From contig JAFTBN010000021.1 of the NCBI GenBank assembly GCA_017455185.1, positions 21,897 through 85,896 of the forward strand: a stretch of 64,000 nucleotides of DNA. The letters run 5' to 3'. This document shows positions 1-9,207 of the stretch, one piece after another. The DNA comes from Clostridia bacterium. GTDB taxonomy: Bacteria; Bacillota; Clostridia; Oscillospirales; CAG-272. The position numbers were made by a program, and so were the translations under genes. A model generated the notes under the pieces. That model was not told where the DNA came from. It saw only the letters and a program-made list of their open reading frames with translations, and made no database searches. The number at the start of each line of letters is the position of its first letter. Position 1 is the stretch's first letter.

Positions 1-10
1 GTACAAAAAC

Positions 11-1105
11 ATGGGAATTGGTCCGAATGACATTGTTCGAATCGGTATTATCGGCTGCGGCGGCATTGCCAACGGAAAGCATATGCCTTCCTTGAAGCGG
101 CTCCCGAATGTAAAAATGGTCGCATTCTGCGATCTGATTGAGGAGCGCGCCCTGAAGGCCCGCGCGGATTACGGCACACCGGATTGCGCCGTCTATACGG
201 ATTATAAAAAACTGCTGGAGGACAAGACCATTGACGTCGTGCATGTCTGCACTCCGAACCGTTCCCACAGTTTTATCACGGTTGACGCTCTCGAGGCAGG
301 CAAACACGTCATGTGCGAGAAGCCGATGGCCATCAACTCCGAGGAAGCCAAGAAAATGCTGGACGCCGCAAAACGCACCGGCAAGAAGCTGACCATCGGA
401 TATCAGTCCCGTCAGAGAGATGACGCTCAATACATGAAGAAGGAATGCCTGGCCGGCACCTTCGGCGAGATTTATTACGCTAAGGCCCTGGCTCTGCGCC
501 GCCGGGCGGTTCCGACCTGGGGCGTATTCCTGAACGAATACGAGCAGGGCGGCGGTCCGCTGATTGACATCGGCACCCACGCTCTGGACCTGACCCTTTG
601 GATGATGGACAACTTCAAGCCCAAGTACTGCATCGGCACCACCTACAAAAAGCTCGGCAAACAGACCGAACAGGGCAATGCCTGGGGCAACTGGGACATC
701 AATAAGTTCACCGTGGAAGACAGCGCATTCGGCATGATCGTCATGGAGAACGGCGCGACCATCAACCTTGAATCCTCCTGGGCTCTGAATATGCTGGATA
801 CACGCGAAGCCATCACCACCATCTGCGGCACCCTGGGCGGCGCGGATATGCTCGACGGACTCCGCATCAACGGCATCCGCAACAACCTGCAATACGTCCT
901 GAAGCCGAACTTCCATGCGGCAGGCGCGGCATTCTACGACGGCAACGCAGGCGAGGCGCCCGAACACAGAGAGGCCTACCAGTGGATTCAGTCCCTGATC
1001 AACGACACCACTCCGTGCGTAACGCCCGAGCAGGCCTACACCGTCACCCGGATCCTGGAAGGCATTTACACCTCCTCCAAGACCGGCGACATCTTCCGTT
1101 TCTGA
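11..1105 (+). CDS. Gfo/Idh/MocA family NAD(P)-dependent oxidoreductase
   Basis: 364-aa ORF with ATG at 11. Has the N-terminal Rossmann motif IGIIGCGGIANGKH and the family EKP motif (VMCEKPMA). Confidence 0.9.
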   Translation: MGIGPNDIVRIGIIGCGGIANGKHMPSLKRLPNVKMVAFCDLIEERALKARADYGTPDCAVYTDYKKLLEDKTIDVVHVCTPNRSHSFITVDALEAGKHVMCEKPMAINSEEAKKMLDAAKRTGKKLTIGYQSRQRDDAQYMKKECLAGTFGEIYYAKALALRRRAVPTWGVFLNEYEQGGGPLIDIGTHALDLTLWMMDNFKPKYCIGTTYKKLGKQTEQGNAWGNWDINKFTVEDSAFGMIVMENGATINLESSWALNMLDTREAITTICGTLGGADMLDGLRINGIRNNLQYVLKPNFHAAGAAFYDGNAGEAPEHREAYQWIQSLINDTTPCVTPEQAYTVTRILEGIYTSSKTGDIFRF

Positions 1106-1118
1106 TCAGAACAACAGC

Positions 1119-1148
1119 AATGGGTTGGCTCAAGGCCAACCCATTTTA
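1119..1148 (+). terminator. intercistronic stem-loop / weak terminator
   Basis: 11-bp perfect stem AATGGGTTGGC/GCCAACCCATT (1119-1129 with 1135-1145), 5-nt loop, then TTTTA. Lies between the oxidoreductase stop and the isomerase start. Confidence 0.5.
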
Positions 1149-1161
1149 GAAAGGATTATCT

Positions 1162-2130
1162 ATGGAACTTAGCGTTTTAGCCAATCTTTACGGGTCCAAG
1201 ACTTTGGATGAAACCCTGCAGATCCTGACCGATCTAGGCGTGCACGTCGTCGAACTCGGAGCCGGCGGTTATCCCGGCAAAGCCCATTGCAACCCCGAGC
1301 AGCTTCTGGCCGACCCGAAGGCCTATGCCGCTTTCACCGATACGCTCAAAAAACACGACACCCGCGTCTGTGCGCTTGCCGCACACGGCAATCCGGTTCA
1401 TCCCCGGAAAGATATTGCCGCACAGTACGACCGGGATTTCCGGAACGCTATTCTTTTGGCTGAAAAGATGGGCGTTGATACCATCATCGGGTTCTCCGGC
1501 TGTCCGGGCGACAGCGAGGGCAGTCTGTATCCGAACTGGGTAACCTGCCCCTGGCCCGAAGATTATCTGGCTGTCCTGAAGTGGCAATGGGAAAAGAAAC
1601 TCATTCCCTACTGGAAGGAAATGACCGCTTTTGCCCAAGCTCACAACGTCCCCCGCATCGCGCTGGAAATGCATCCGGGCTTCTGTGTGTACAACCCCGA
1701 AACTCTGCTCCGCCTGCGCAATGAGGTTGGAAACACCATCGGGGCCAACTTCGATCCGTCCCACCTGATCTGGCAAGGCATTGAACCCCCCGCCGCCATC
1801 CGCGCGCTGGAGGGCGCCATCTACCACGTGCACGCCAAAGACACGAAAGTGGATGCCATCAACACCGCCAAATTCGGCGTACTGGACACCAAGCATTACA
1901 GCGACGAGCTGCACCGCTCCTGGGTATTCCGCACCGTCGGATACGGAAACGGGGAGACCTATTGGAGGGATCTGGTTTCCAATCTCCGCCTTTGCGGGTA
2001 CGACCGGGTGCTTTCCATTGAGCACGAGGACAGCCTGATGTCCATCGACGAAGGATTGAAGAAAGCCGTTGCTTTCCTCAATCCGATCCTGATGAGGGAT
2101 CCCAAGCCCGGCACCATGGGCTGGGCGTAA
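1162..2130 (+). CDS. sugar phosphate isomerase/epimerase (xylose-isomerase-like TIM barrel)
   Basis: 322-aa ORF with an AGAAAGGA SD about 6 nt before the ATG. Carries TIM-barrel family patterns (IALEMHPG, LSIEHED). Sits directly after the oxidoreductase gene. Confidence 0.8.
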   Translation: MELSVLANLYGSKTLDETLQILTDLGVHVVELGAGGYPGKAHCNPEQLLADPKAYAAFTDTLKKHDTRVCALAAHGNPVHPRKDIAAQYDRDFRNAILLAEKMGVDTIIGFSGCPGDSEGSLYPNWVTCPWPEDYLAVLKWQWEKKLIPYWKEMTAFAQAHNVPRIALEMHPGFCVYNPETLLRLRNEVGNTIGANFDPSHLIWQGIEPPAAIRALEGAIYHVHAKDTKVDAINTAKFGVLDTKHYSDELHRSWVFRTVGYGNGETYWRDLVSNLRLCGYDRVLSIEHEDSLMSIDEGLKKAVAFLNPILMRDPKPGTMGWA

Positions 2131-2142
2131 AAACCTGAATTC

Positions 2143-2184
2143 AAAAAGCCGGAGGGCATAAGAGGCTCTCCGGCTTTCTTTTTG
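2143..2184. terminator. bidirectional intrinsic terminator between convergent genes
   Basis: AGCCGGAG (2147-2154) pairs with CTCCGGCT (2168-2175). An A-run lies upstream and TTCTTTTT downstream. Confidence 0.8.
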
Positions 2185-2190
2185 GGCCAT

Positions 2191-3471
2191 TCATTTGACA
2201 AAATCGAATTCGAAATCGTATATTTCCACGGTATCGCCGTCTTCGCATCCGGCTTCCGTCAATGCGTCCACCACTCCGCTGCGCTGCAGAACACGCTGGA
2301 AATAATTGAGCGACTCGTAATCATCGAAATTGATCTGCCCGAGCAGATTGAACAACCATTCCCCTTCGACGATGTACTTGCCGTTCTCCTTGCGGATGCT
2401 GGTCTCTTTTCCTCCGCCCACATACGCGTCCTCAGGTTCGTATTCCTCCTTGTAAACGCGAAGCGGGGGCAATTCCCGCAGCGTCTCCACCGCCAGATTG
2501 ACCATTTCCTTCATGCCTTCCCCGGTCATGGCAGAAACATAGACTACAGGCCACCCATTCTCCTTGCAATAGGCTTCGAACGCGTCGGTATCCACCCGCT
2601 CGCGGTCCAGAAGGTCCGCCTTGTTGGCGACGACAATCTGGGGTCTTTGCGCCAGGTCCGGGCTGTACCGCTCCAATTCCGAATTGATTTGCTTCAGATC
2701 CTCAATCGGGTCCCTTTCTTCCAGGCACGCAATATCCACCACATGAAGCAGCAGTCTGCACCGGTCGATGTGCCGCAGGAAAGCATGTCCCAACCCGGCA
2801 CCGTCCGCGGCTCCCTCGATGAGTCCCGGAATATCCGCTGCGACAAACCCGCTCTCTCCGCCCGTATGAACGACGCCCAGATTGGGGGAAAGCGTCGTAA
2901 AATGATAGTCTGCGATTTTCGGACGGGCCGCTGATATTTTGGCCAGGATAGAGGATTTTCCCACACTGGGATATCCGATCAGACCCACGTCGGCCAGCAT
3001 CTTCAATTCAAGTTCCAGTTCCCTGCCCTCTCCCCGCGTCCCGTTCTTGGCGAACATCGGGACCTGTCTGGTCGGCGTGGCGAAATGCCGGTTGCCCCAG
3101 CCTCCGCGCCCTCCCCGGCAGGCGATGTAATCCGCCTCATCGTTCTCGGACATATCGTGCAGTATTTTATGGGTCTGTGCGTCCTTGATCAACGTCCCGG
3201 GAGGAACGAGAATGACCACGTCCTGCCCGTTCGGACCATGAAATTTGGACCCCGAACCGTCGCCGCCCCGCTCAGCCTCAAACTTCCTTTTATACCGGAA
3301 AGCCAGCAGCGTATTGGAACCGTGGTCCACCCGGAACACAATGTTTCCTCCGTGTCCTCCGTCTCCGCCGTCCGGACCTCCTGCCGCCACGTATTTCTCG
3401 CGGCGGAACGAAATGGCGCCGTTGCCGCCGTCCCCGGCCTTCACCGTAATTTTAACCTGATCCACAAACAT
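2191..3471 (-). CDS. obg: GTPase Obg/CgtA
   Basis: 426 aa. Glycine-rich Obg fold N-terminus MFVDQVKITVKAGDGGNGAISFRREK, G1 GYPSVGKSS, G3 DIPGLIEGA, G4 NKADL, plus a C-terminal extension domain. Confidence 0.97.
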   Translation of the reverse strand: MFVDQVKITVKAGDGGNGAISFRREKYVAAGGPDGGDGGHGGNIVFRVDHGSNTLLAFRYKRKFEAERGGDGSGSKFHGPNGQDVVILVPPGTLIKDAQTHKILHDMSENDEADYIACRGGRGGWGNRHFATPTRQVPMFAKNGTRGEGRELELELKMLADVGLIGYPSVGKSSILAKISAARPKIADYHFTTLSPNLGVVHTGGESGFVAADIPGLIEGAADGAGLGHAFLRHIDRCRLLLHVVDIACLEERDPIEDLKQINSELERYSPDLAQRPQIVVANKADLLDRERVDTDAFEAYCKENGWPVVYVSAMTGEGMKEMVNLAVETLRELPPLRVYKEEYEPEDAYVGGGKETSIRKENGKYIVEGEWLFNLLGQINFDDYESLNYFQRVLQRSGVVDALTEAGCEDGDTVEIYDFEFDFVK

Positions 3472-3483
3472 ATCCGTTTTTCC

Positions 3484-4203
3484 TCAATAGATTTCCCATT
3501 TCAAATCCGCCAGGTGTGCCTGCACATAGGTCAGCATCCCCTGCTCGATTTTTCCTTTGCGAATCAGGATGAACTCGCGCACGCCGGTCATGTCGTCCCG
3601 ATCCGCATTTGCAATCAGATACTGCAGCTGCCTTGCTTCCTCCAGAGCGAGAATCCTTTGCTCCTCGTCCTGTGCGACGGACGGGTAATACAGGCTGAAC
3701 AGGTCTGCGAAGTCCTTGCCCCAACGGACTGCCTCCAGCCACATCTGCTCGTCGTCGTTGACAATCCAATAGTCCAAAAGGAACAAAAACAAAAGCGGCT
3801 TGTCCGAGTCCTCAAACACGGTCTCTTCCAGGAAGACCTGCTCGGGATGTTTGCCCTGCATCAGAAGCATGGTTGCGATATGGTCGTAAACACTTTTGAT
3901 GGTCAGCTCGGACGGTTCCATCGTCTTTCTTGCCTTGAAATCATACAAAAAATAGGAATCAACCTGCAAAGTCTCTCCCTTCCGGTCGTACGACTTGGAA
4001 ACAAGAACCGAAAAAAGGAGCAAAAGTCCCATGGCAGCCATGGCACCGGCCGCGACAAATACCATCACGCGGTCAAACGTGCGCCCGTCCCGCAACCAGA
4101 TGGCGCCCCCGACGGCCACAGCCACGGCCCCCACCAGAAGCGCCGCGCCTAGTCCGAGGGATTTGGCGCTGTTCTGGGTTATTTTCACTTTACGGCTTTT
4201 CAT
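3484..4203 (-). CDS. hypothetical membrane protein (two N-terminal TM helices plus about 150-aa soluble domain)
   Basis: The ORF track gives 3484..4311. I prefer the ATG at 4203 (MKSRKVKITQ...), which is preceded by GGGAG 7 nt upstream and overlaps the der 3' end by 14 nt. Two hydrophobic helices are present (LGLGAALLVGAVAVAVGGAIW and VMVFVAAGAMAAMGLLLLFSVLV). No family recognised. Confidence 0.6.
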   Translation of the reverse strand: MKSRKVKITQNSAKSLGLGAALLVGAVAVAVGGAIWLRDGRTFDRVMVFVAAGAMAAMGLLLLFSVLVSKSYDRKGETLQVDSYFLYDFKARKTMEPSELTIKSVYDHIATMLLMQGKHPEQVFLEETVFEDSDKPLLFLFLLDYWIVNDDEQMWLEAVRWGKDFADLFSLYYPSVAQDEEQRILALEEARQLQYLIANADRDDMTGVREFILIRKGKIEQGMLTYVQAHLADLKWEIY

Positions 4204-5521
4204 CGGTTTTCTCCCGGATTTCAATCTTGATCGGAGTTCCGCTGAACCCGAACGTGTTCCGTATGCAATTCTCCAGATATCTCTGATAAGAGAAATGGAA
4301 CAACTTGGCACTGTTGCAGAAAACGACGAAGGTAGGCTGCGCCACCGAAGTCTGGGTCATATAATAAATCTTCAGTCTTCTTCCCTTGTCGGTCGGAGGC
4401 TGCGTGCGCATGGTTGCCTCGTTGAGCACATCGTTCAGCATACCGGTGGAAATCCGCAGATTCGCCTGTCCGAACACATACTTGATCCGCTCATACAGTT
4501 TTTCGGTTCTCTGCCCGGTTTTGGCCGACACATAGACGATCGGCGCATAAGACATATACGCCAGGGCCGTCTCAATCTTACGGTTGAATTCGTTGACCGT
4601 GGAATTGTCCTTTTCAATCAGATCCCACTTGTTGACAACGATGATCGAGGCTTTTCCCGCCTCGTGCGCAATACCGGCAATCTTCTCATCCTGCTCGGTA
4701 ATGCCCGTCACCGCGTCAATCATGATCAGACATACGTCCGCTCTCTCCACCGCCATGTGGGCCCGTAATACGCTGTACTTCTCGATTTTATCGTTGACCT
4801 TCGCGCTGCGGCGGATTCCGGCCGTATCTATGAAGATGAAAGAACCCGAATCGTTGACCACCTTGGTGTCAATCGCGTCGCGCGTCGTTCCCGCAATATC
4901 GGACACAATGCATCTGTCCTCTCCGCACAGACGGTTGATCAGGGAGGATTTTCCGGCGTTCGGCTTTCCGATGACAGCCACCTTGATGGAGTCGTCCTCT
5001 TCCTCCTCATTCTGTCCCTGCGGCAGAAGATTCACCACTTTGTCCAATATGTCCCCGGTTCCGCTTCCGTGGACCGAAGACAGGAGCATCGGTTCGATTT
5101 CGAACCCCAACTCGTAAAATTCATAAAAGACCAGCGGCGGTTCCCCGACCGAATCGCATTTGTTGATGCAGGGAATAACGGGCTTTCCGCTCTTCTTGAG
5201 CATAACGGAAATATCCCGGTCGTCTGCCGTCAGGCCGGTCTGTACGTCACACATAAACAGAATGACGTCCGCGGTATCGATGGCAATCTGGGCCTGCACG
5301 CGCATCTGGGACAGAATCACGTCTCCGGCATTGGGTTCAATTCCTCCCGTGTCGATGACCACAAGAGCCCGGCCGTTCCACTCGGTTTCCCCGTAGATCC
5401 GGTCCCGTGTCACACCCGGAGTATCCTCCACAATGGAGCGTCTTTCTCCTATGAGCCGGTTGAACAGAGTGCTCTTCCCCACGTTCGGCCGGCCAACTAT
5501 CGCTATAATCGGTTTTGCCAT
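4190..5521 (-). CDS. der: ribosome biogenesis GTPase Der (EngA)
   Basis: Two tandem G domains (GRPNVGKSTLFNRL and GKPNAGKSSLINRL) plus a KH-like C-terminus. I chose the ATG at 5521 (MAKPIIAIVG), with GAGGAG 8 nt upstream, over the GTG at 5527. Confidence 0.96.
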   Translation of the reverse strand: MAKPIIAIVGRPNVGKSTLFNRLIGERRSIVEDTPGVTRDRIYGETEWNGRALVVIDTGGIEPNAGDVILSQMRVQAQIAIDTADVILFMCDVQTGLTADDRDISVMLKKSGKPVIPCINKCDSVGEPPLVFYEFYELGFEIEPMLLSSVHGSGTGDILDKVVNLLPQGQNEEEEDDSIKVAVIGKPNAGKSSLINRLCGEDRCIVSDIAGTTRDAIDTKVVNDSGSFIFIDTAGIRRSAKVNDKIEKYSVLRAHMAVERADVCLIMIDAVTGITEQDEKIAGIAHEAGKASIIVVNKWDLIEKDNSTVNEFNRKIETALAYMSYAPIVYVSAKTGQRTEKLYERIKYVFGQANLRISTGMLNDVLNEATMRTQPPTDKGRRLKIYYMTQTSVAQPTFVVFCNSAKLFHFSYQRYLENCIRNTFGFSGTPIKIEIREKTDEKP

Positions 5522-5526
5522 ATCCA

Positions 5527-6843
5527 CTACTCCTCACATCCCAGAACCATGTCCACGAAGGACATGCCGTTATTCGGGCATATACGAACCTGCACACCCA
5601 ACCTCTGTTCCAGATCTTGGGGCGTCAAATCATCCAAAAACAAATCCTTCTGCGCACGAAGCGCATTTTCAGGCAGCAGCAGCTGCCCCTGCACGTTTCC
5701 TTTGAGCTGCAGAATCAGATCCTGCCCCGTCATCAATCCGGAAACCGTGATGCTCTCCCCGAAAAAGTGATTGACGATGCAATGCACCTCCACCCGCGAA
5801 TCGGGAAAAGCCTCCCGGATCCGCCCGGTTAAGTCCTGCATCATCTCATACGCGGCCTGCCCGCAGGCAATATGCACGGGAACATCCGGCAGATGAACCC
5901 TGTCCGGGTTCTCTTTCAGATAGACCAGTTCGTCAGCCGCCTCATCCACAAACGAACGGATCATGCCCACGCCGTTTTCGATTTGAGGATATCCGTCATA
6001 ATAATCCGCGCCGGGGAGCGGCATCCCGGCCGTAATGTAAAACTCGTCCGAGCACATGAATATCGGCGTACCGTACCGTTTGATGCATTCGCCCCGGAAC
6101 CAGTCTACATGCTCAATGACGCCTTTGCATTCCTCGGGGGTAAACGCGTCCAGATGATACAGCCCGTCCCGGTATTTCGTCAGGCCCGCCGGCACGATGG
6201 AAACGCTGCTCATAGCGGGATACAGAGCCGACAGGTCCTTGATGGTACGGAACAGTTCCTCTCCGTCGTTCAACCCCTTGCACAAAACAATTTGCCCGCA
6301 CAGATCGATCCCCGCGTCGGCAAGCCTGCGCAGATACTTCAACACCTCACCGGCCCGTTTGTTTTTCATCATCCTGACGCGCAATTCAGGGTTGGTCGTA
6401 TGAACCGACACATTGATCGGGGAAATATGCATTTCGATGATCCGGTCTATATCCTCATCCTTGAGGTTGGTCAGAGTGATATAGTTGCCGTGAAGGAAGG
6501 AGAGCCTTGAATCGTCATCCTTGAAGTAGAGCGTCTCTCTCATCCCCCGGGGAAGCTGATCGATGAAACAGAAAACACATTTGTTTTCACAATGGTTCTT
6601 CTTATCCATCAAGGCAGTCTCAAAATCCAGTCCGATGTCGTCGTATTGATGCTTGTGAATGGTGCAGGTGATGGTCTCCCTGCCCCGCAGCACCACAAGT
6701 CTGACCGTGGACTCAGCCAGATAGAACCGGTAATCCAGCACGTCCCGAATGGGGTGGTCGTTGATGGAAATCAAAACGTCGTTTTCCCGCAGCCCCGCAT
6801 GCGCCGCATGGCTGTGCGAAGAAATCCCGGTAATCCGAACCAT
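5527..6843 (-). CDS. DUF512-type radical-SAM-like protein with N-terminal PDZ domain
   Basis: 438 aa. PDZ-like N-terminus (AHAGLRENDVLISINDHPI) and a CX3CX2C motif (CENKCVFC). GGGGGAGG SD. The stop codon abuts the der start. Confidence 0.85.
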   Translation of the reverse strand: MVRITGISSHSHAAHAGLRENDVLISINDHPIRDVLDYRFYLAESTVRLVVLRGRETITCTIHKHQYDDIGLDFETALMDKKNHCENKCVFCFIDQLPRGMRETLYFKDDDSRLSFLHGNYITLTNLKDEDIDRIIEMHISPINVSVHTTNPELRVRMMKNKRAGEVLKYLRRLADAGIDLCGQIVLCKGLNDGEELFRTIKDLSALYPAMSSVSIVPAGLTKYRDGLYHLDAFTPEECKGVIEHVDWFRGECIKRYGTPIFMCSDEFYITAGMPLPGADYYDGYPQIENGVGMIRSFVDEAADELVYLKENPDRVHLPDVPVHIACGQAAYEMMQDLTGRIREAFPDSRVEVHCIVNHFFGESITVSGLMTGQDLILQLKGNVQGQLLLPENALRAQKDLFLDDLTPQDLEQRLGVQVRICPNNGMSFVDMVLGCEE

Positions 6844-6989
6844 ACAATCCTCCCCCTTTCCCAGACTTTAGCGATATTTCCGCATTATCGATTATACCAT
6901 ACGAAACCGTTTTTTTCAACGCTTGGAGATTTCGAACCGAACGAACCTCATGAAGGCCGCAAGGGTTTTTGGTATGAAACGCGCCGCAA

Positions 6990-7018
6990 TTGACAAAAAC
7001 GGGTGCAATTGCTATAAT
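6990..7018 (+). promoter_or_regulatory. sigma-A consensus promoter of the 7054-9111 operon
   Basis: TTGACA (6990-6995), 17-nt spacer, TATAAT (7013-7018). Lies 36 nt upstream of the ATG. Confidence 0.7.
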
Positions 7019-7053
7019 GGACAGGCTGAAAACGAATTAAAGGAGACCCTTCC

Positions 7054-7761
7054 ATGGAGCAGATCTACACCATTCCCGTAAACGAAGCCTTTGAAGCAGC
7101 TCTGGATCACCCGGAATGCGGGTGCCCCTTGTGCACGTTGTTCCGCAAGTTGGAGAACAATGAACTGGATCTGATTCTGGGTGCTTCCATGATGGAACCG
7201 GATGTGCGCATCCAGACCAACAAAGAAGGGTTTTGTAAAACTCATTACGATCTGATGTTCACGCGGAAAAACCGCCTGGGCATGGCCCTGACCATGGAAA
7301 GCCACCTGCAGTTGCTTCAAAAAGAACTCAAGGACGACGGATTGGGCGGCGGATACGGACGCAAGCCCGTCAAGCGGATCGCCGAACTCGAAGCCTCCTG
7401 CTATGTATGCAGACGGATTGAATATCACTTCTCCCGCATGCTTCTGACCGCGCTTGAACTTTGGAACACGGATGAGGCATTCCGCGCAAAAGTCAAAAAG
7501 CAACCCTATTTCTGCCTGCCCCATTACCGCAGGCTCATGGCGCTGGCACAGGAAAAGATGAGCAAGAAACAACTGCACGATTTTGCTTCTGCCCTTTCCT
7601 CTGTACAGGACGCCTATCTTGCCGCCCTGAACGAGGACATCAGCTGGTTTTGCAAAAAATTTGACTATCGGTATGACGCAGAGCCCTGGTACAACAGCCG
7701 GGACGCAGTAGAACGTGCCATCAAATTTTTAAGTTCGGACATTCACAGAAACGAGAAATAA
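7054..7761 (+). CDS. Cys-rich hypothetical protein (DUF6062-like, from memory)
   Basis: 235 aa with an AAAGGAGA SD. Four Cys pairs or motifs (CGCPLC, CKTHY, CYVCRR, CLPHY) suggest metal binding. Consensus promoter upstream. Confidence 0.7.
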   Translation: MEQIYTIPVNEAFEAALDHPECGCPLCTLFRKLENNELDLILGASMMEPDVRIQTNKEGFCKTHYDLMFTRKNRLGMALTMESHLQLLQKELKDDGLGGGYGRKPVKRIAELEASCYVCRRIEYHFSRMLLTALELWNTDEAFRAKVKKQPYFCLPHYRRLMALAQEKMSKKQLHDFASALSSVQDAYLAALNEDISWFCKKFDYRYDAEPWYNSRDAVERAIKFLSSDIHRNEK

Positions 7762-7762
7762 C

Positions 7763-8353
7763 ATGATTGATTTGCTGGAACTGCATAAAATGTTTATCCT
7801 GCGGCATCTGAAGCCCGGAGATGTCGCCATCGACTTTACCATGGGCAACGGGCATGACACCGAGTTCCTTTCCAAGGCCGTAGGACCCCGGGGACATGTT
7901 TACGCATTTGACATTCAACAGGCCGCCGTTGACTCTACCCGTGAACGGTTGGAGAAATCGGACTGCCCGCCCAATTATACTCTTATCCACGCCTCCCACC
8001 ATCTTGTTCTGGATTATGTAAAAACGCCTATCCGCGCAGGCATGTTCAACCTCGGCTGGCTTCCCGGAGGGGACAAAAGCATCACGACAATGCGGGAAAC
8101 CACCATGCCTGCCATAGAAGCGGCTATCAGCCTGCTGGACCGGGACGGCATTCTCATCATCGCCATTTATCCCGGGCATCACGAAGGCGACGCGGAAGGC
8201 GAAATGATCCGAAACTACCTGCCCTCCCTGCCCCGCTATAAATATTGCGCGACCATACTGCGCATTCTCAATTCCCCGGATTCCCCTTACTTTTTCATGA
8301 TTGAAAAACGAAACAAACCGGATGCTCCCTCCAAGGAGGCTCCGAGTCAATGA
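7763..8353 (+). CDS. class I SAM-dependent methyltransferase, YtqB/MnmM-like
   Basis: 196 aa. The SAM-binding motif DFTMGNGHDT matches the YtqB-type putative rRNA/tRNA methylase family. Starts 2 nt after the upstream stop. Confidence 0.8.
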   Translation: MIDLLELHKMFILRHLKPGDVAIDFTMGNGHDTEFLSKAVGPRGHVYAFDIQQAAVDSTRERLEKSDCPPNYTLIHASHHLVLDYVKTPIRAGMFNLGWLPGGDKSITTMRETTMPAIEAAISLLDRDGILIIAIYPGHHEGDAEGEMIRNYLPSLPRYKYCATILRILNSPDSPYFFMIEKRNKPDAPSKEAPSQ

Positions 8354-9111
8354 AACGACTTTTTTGCTTCCTTTTGTCCCTGTTTCTTCCCTGCCTGTGC
8401 CTTTTCGGCTGCGCAGGTCCCTCCCCCTCGGAAACCGAAACAAGCCCTGAGACGACGCAAGGAGAAACAGAGACATACGCCTATAAAATTGATATCAGTC
8501 CCTATTGGGAAGCGTTGAACCGGACCAATCTGCTTCTGGCCAACAAAACCCACCCCACAGGACCCGATTATGAACCGGAACAAATCCAGAACATACCGGA
8601 AGAATACCTCATCAACCACAAGGAACTGACCGGCGAGAAGACCATGGTTCTGGCCCTGACCGCCATGATGATGGAAATGCGGGCCGACGGCATCAGGGAC
8701 AATTATGTAACCAGTGCCTACCGTTCCTACTCCTATCAGGAAAATCTATACCGCTACTATATCAATCTTGAGATGAGCCGACACTCCGGCTGGACCGAGG
8801 AGCAGGCCGAAGAATTGGTTCTGACTTATTCGGCCAAACCGGGGACAAGCGAACATCAGACCGGTCTGTGCATTGACTTCATGACCACGTCCATGACCGA
8901 TCTGGATGAAAGTTATGAGCAAACCGCAGCTTTTGACTGGCTGGCAGAAAACGCGTTCCGCTTCGGCTTTATTCTCCGCTATCCGAAAGGAAAGGAAAAC
9001 ATAACCGGATATGCCTATGAACCCTGGCATTACCGTTTCGTCGGTCTGAATGCGGCTTCTGCCATTCACGAAGGCCGAATGACCCTGGAAGAATATCTTG
9101 AACAAAACTGA
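8350..9111 (+). CDS. VanY/M15B-type D-alanyl-D-alanine carboxypeptidase lipoprotein
   Basis: 253 aa with lipobox LFGC. Zinc-ligand motifs SEHQTGLCIDF and EPWHYRF. ATGA start/stop overlap with the methyltransferase gene. Confidence 0.85.
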   Translation: MKRLFCFLLSLFLPCLCLFGCAGPSPSETETSPETTQGETETYAYKIDISPYWEALNRTNLLLANKTHPTGPDYEPEQIQNIPEEYLINHKELTGEKTMVLALTAMMMEMRADGIRDNYVTSAYRSYSYQENLYRYYINLEMSRHSGWTEEQAEELVLTYSAKPGTSEHQTGLCIDFMTTSMTDLDESYEQTAAFDWLAENAFRFGFILRYPKGKENITGYAYEPWHYRFVGLNAASAIHEGRMTLEEYLEQN

Positions 9112-9142
9112 GCCACAGACACGCGCCTGATGATTCGGCGCG

Positions 9143-9179
9143 AAAAAGCCCGGAGGCAGCCAATGCCTCCGGGCTTTTT
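9143..9179. terminator. bidirectional intrinsic terminator (end of the VanY operon and of the 13.5-kb ABC operon)
   Basis: AAAAAGCCCGGAGGC / GCCTCCGGGCTTTTT forms an 11-bp GC-rich stem (9147-9157 with 9165-9175), flanked by A5 and T5. Confidence 0.88.
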
Positions 9180-9207
9180 CTGTTTGCTCCGGCCAAGAGC
9201 GCAGAAC

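Noticed and set aside
1234-2190. A 318-aa minus-strand ORF, plus the ORFs at 2182-2934 and 3085-4152 on the plus strand
   Set aside because: They are antisense to the isomerase, obg and the membrane-protein gene, and have no SD or motifs.
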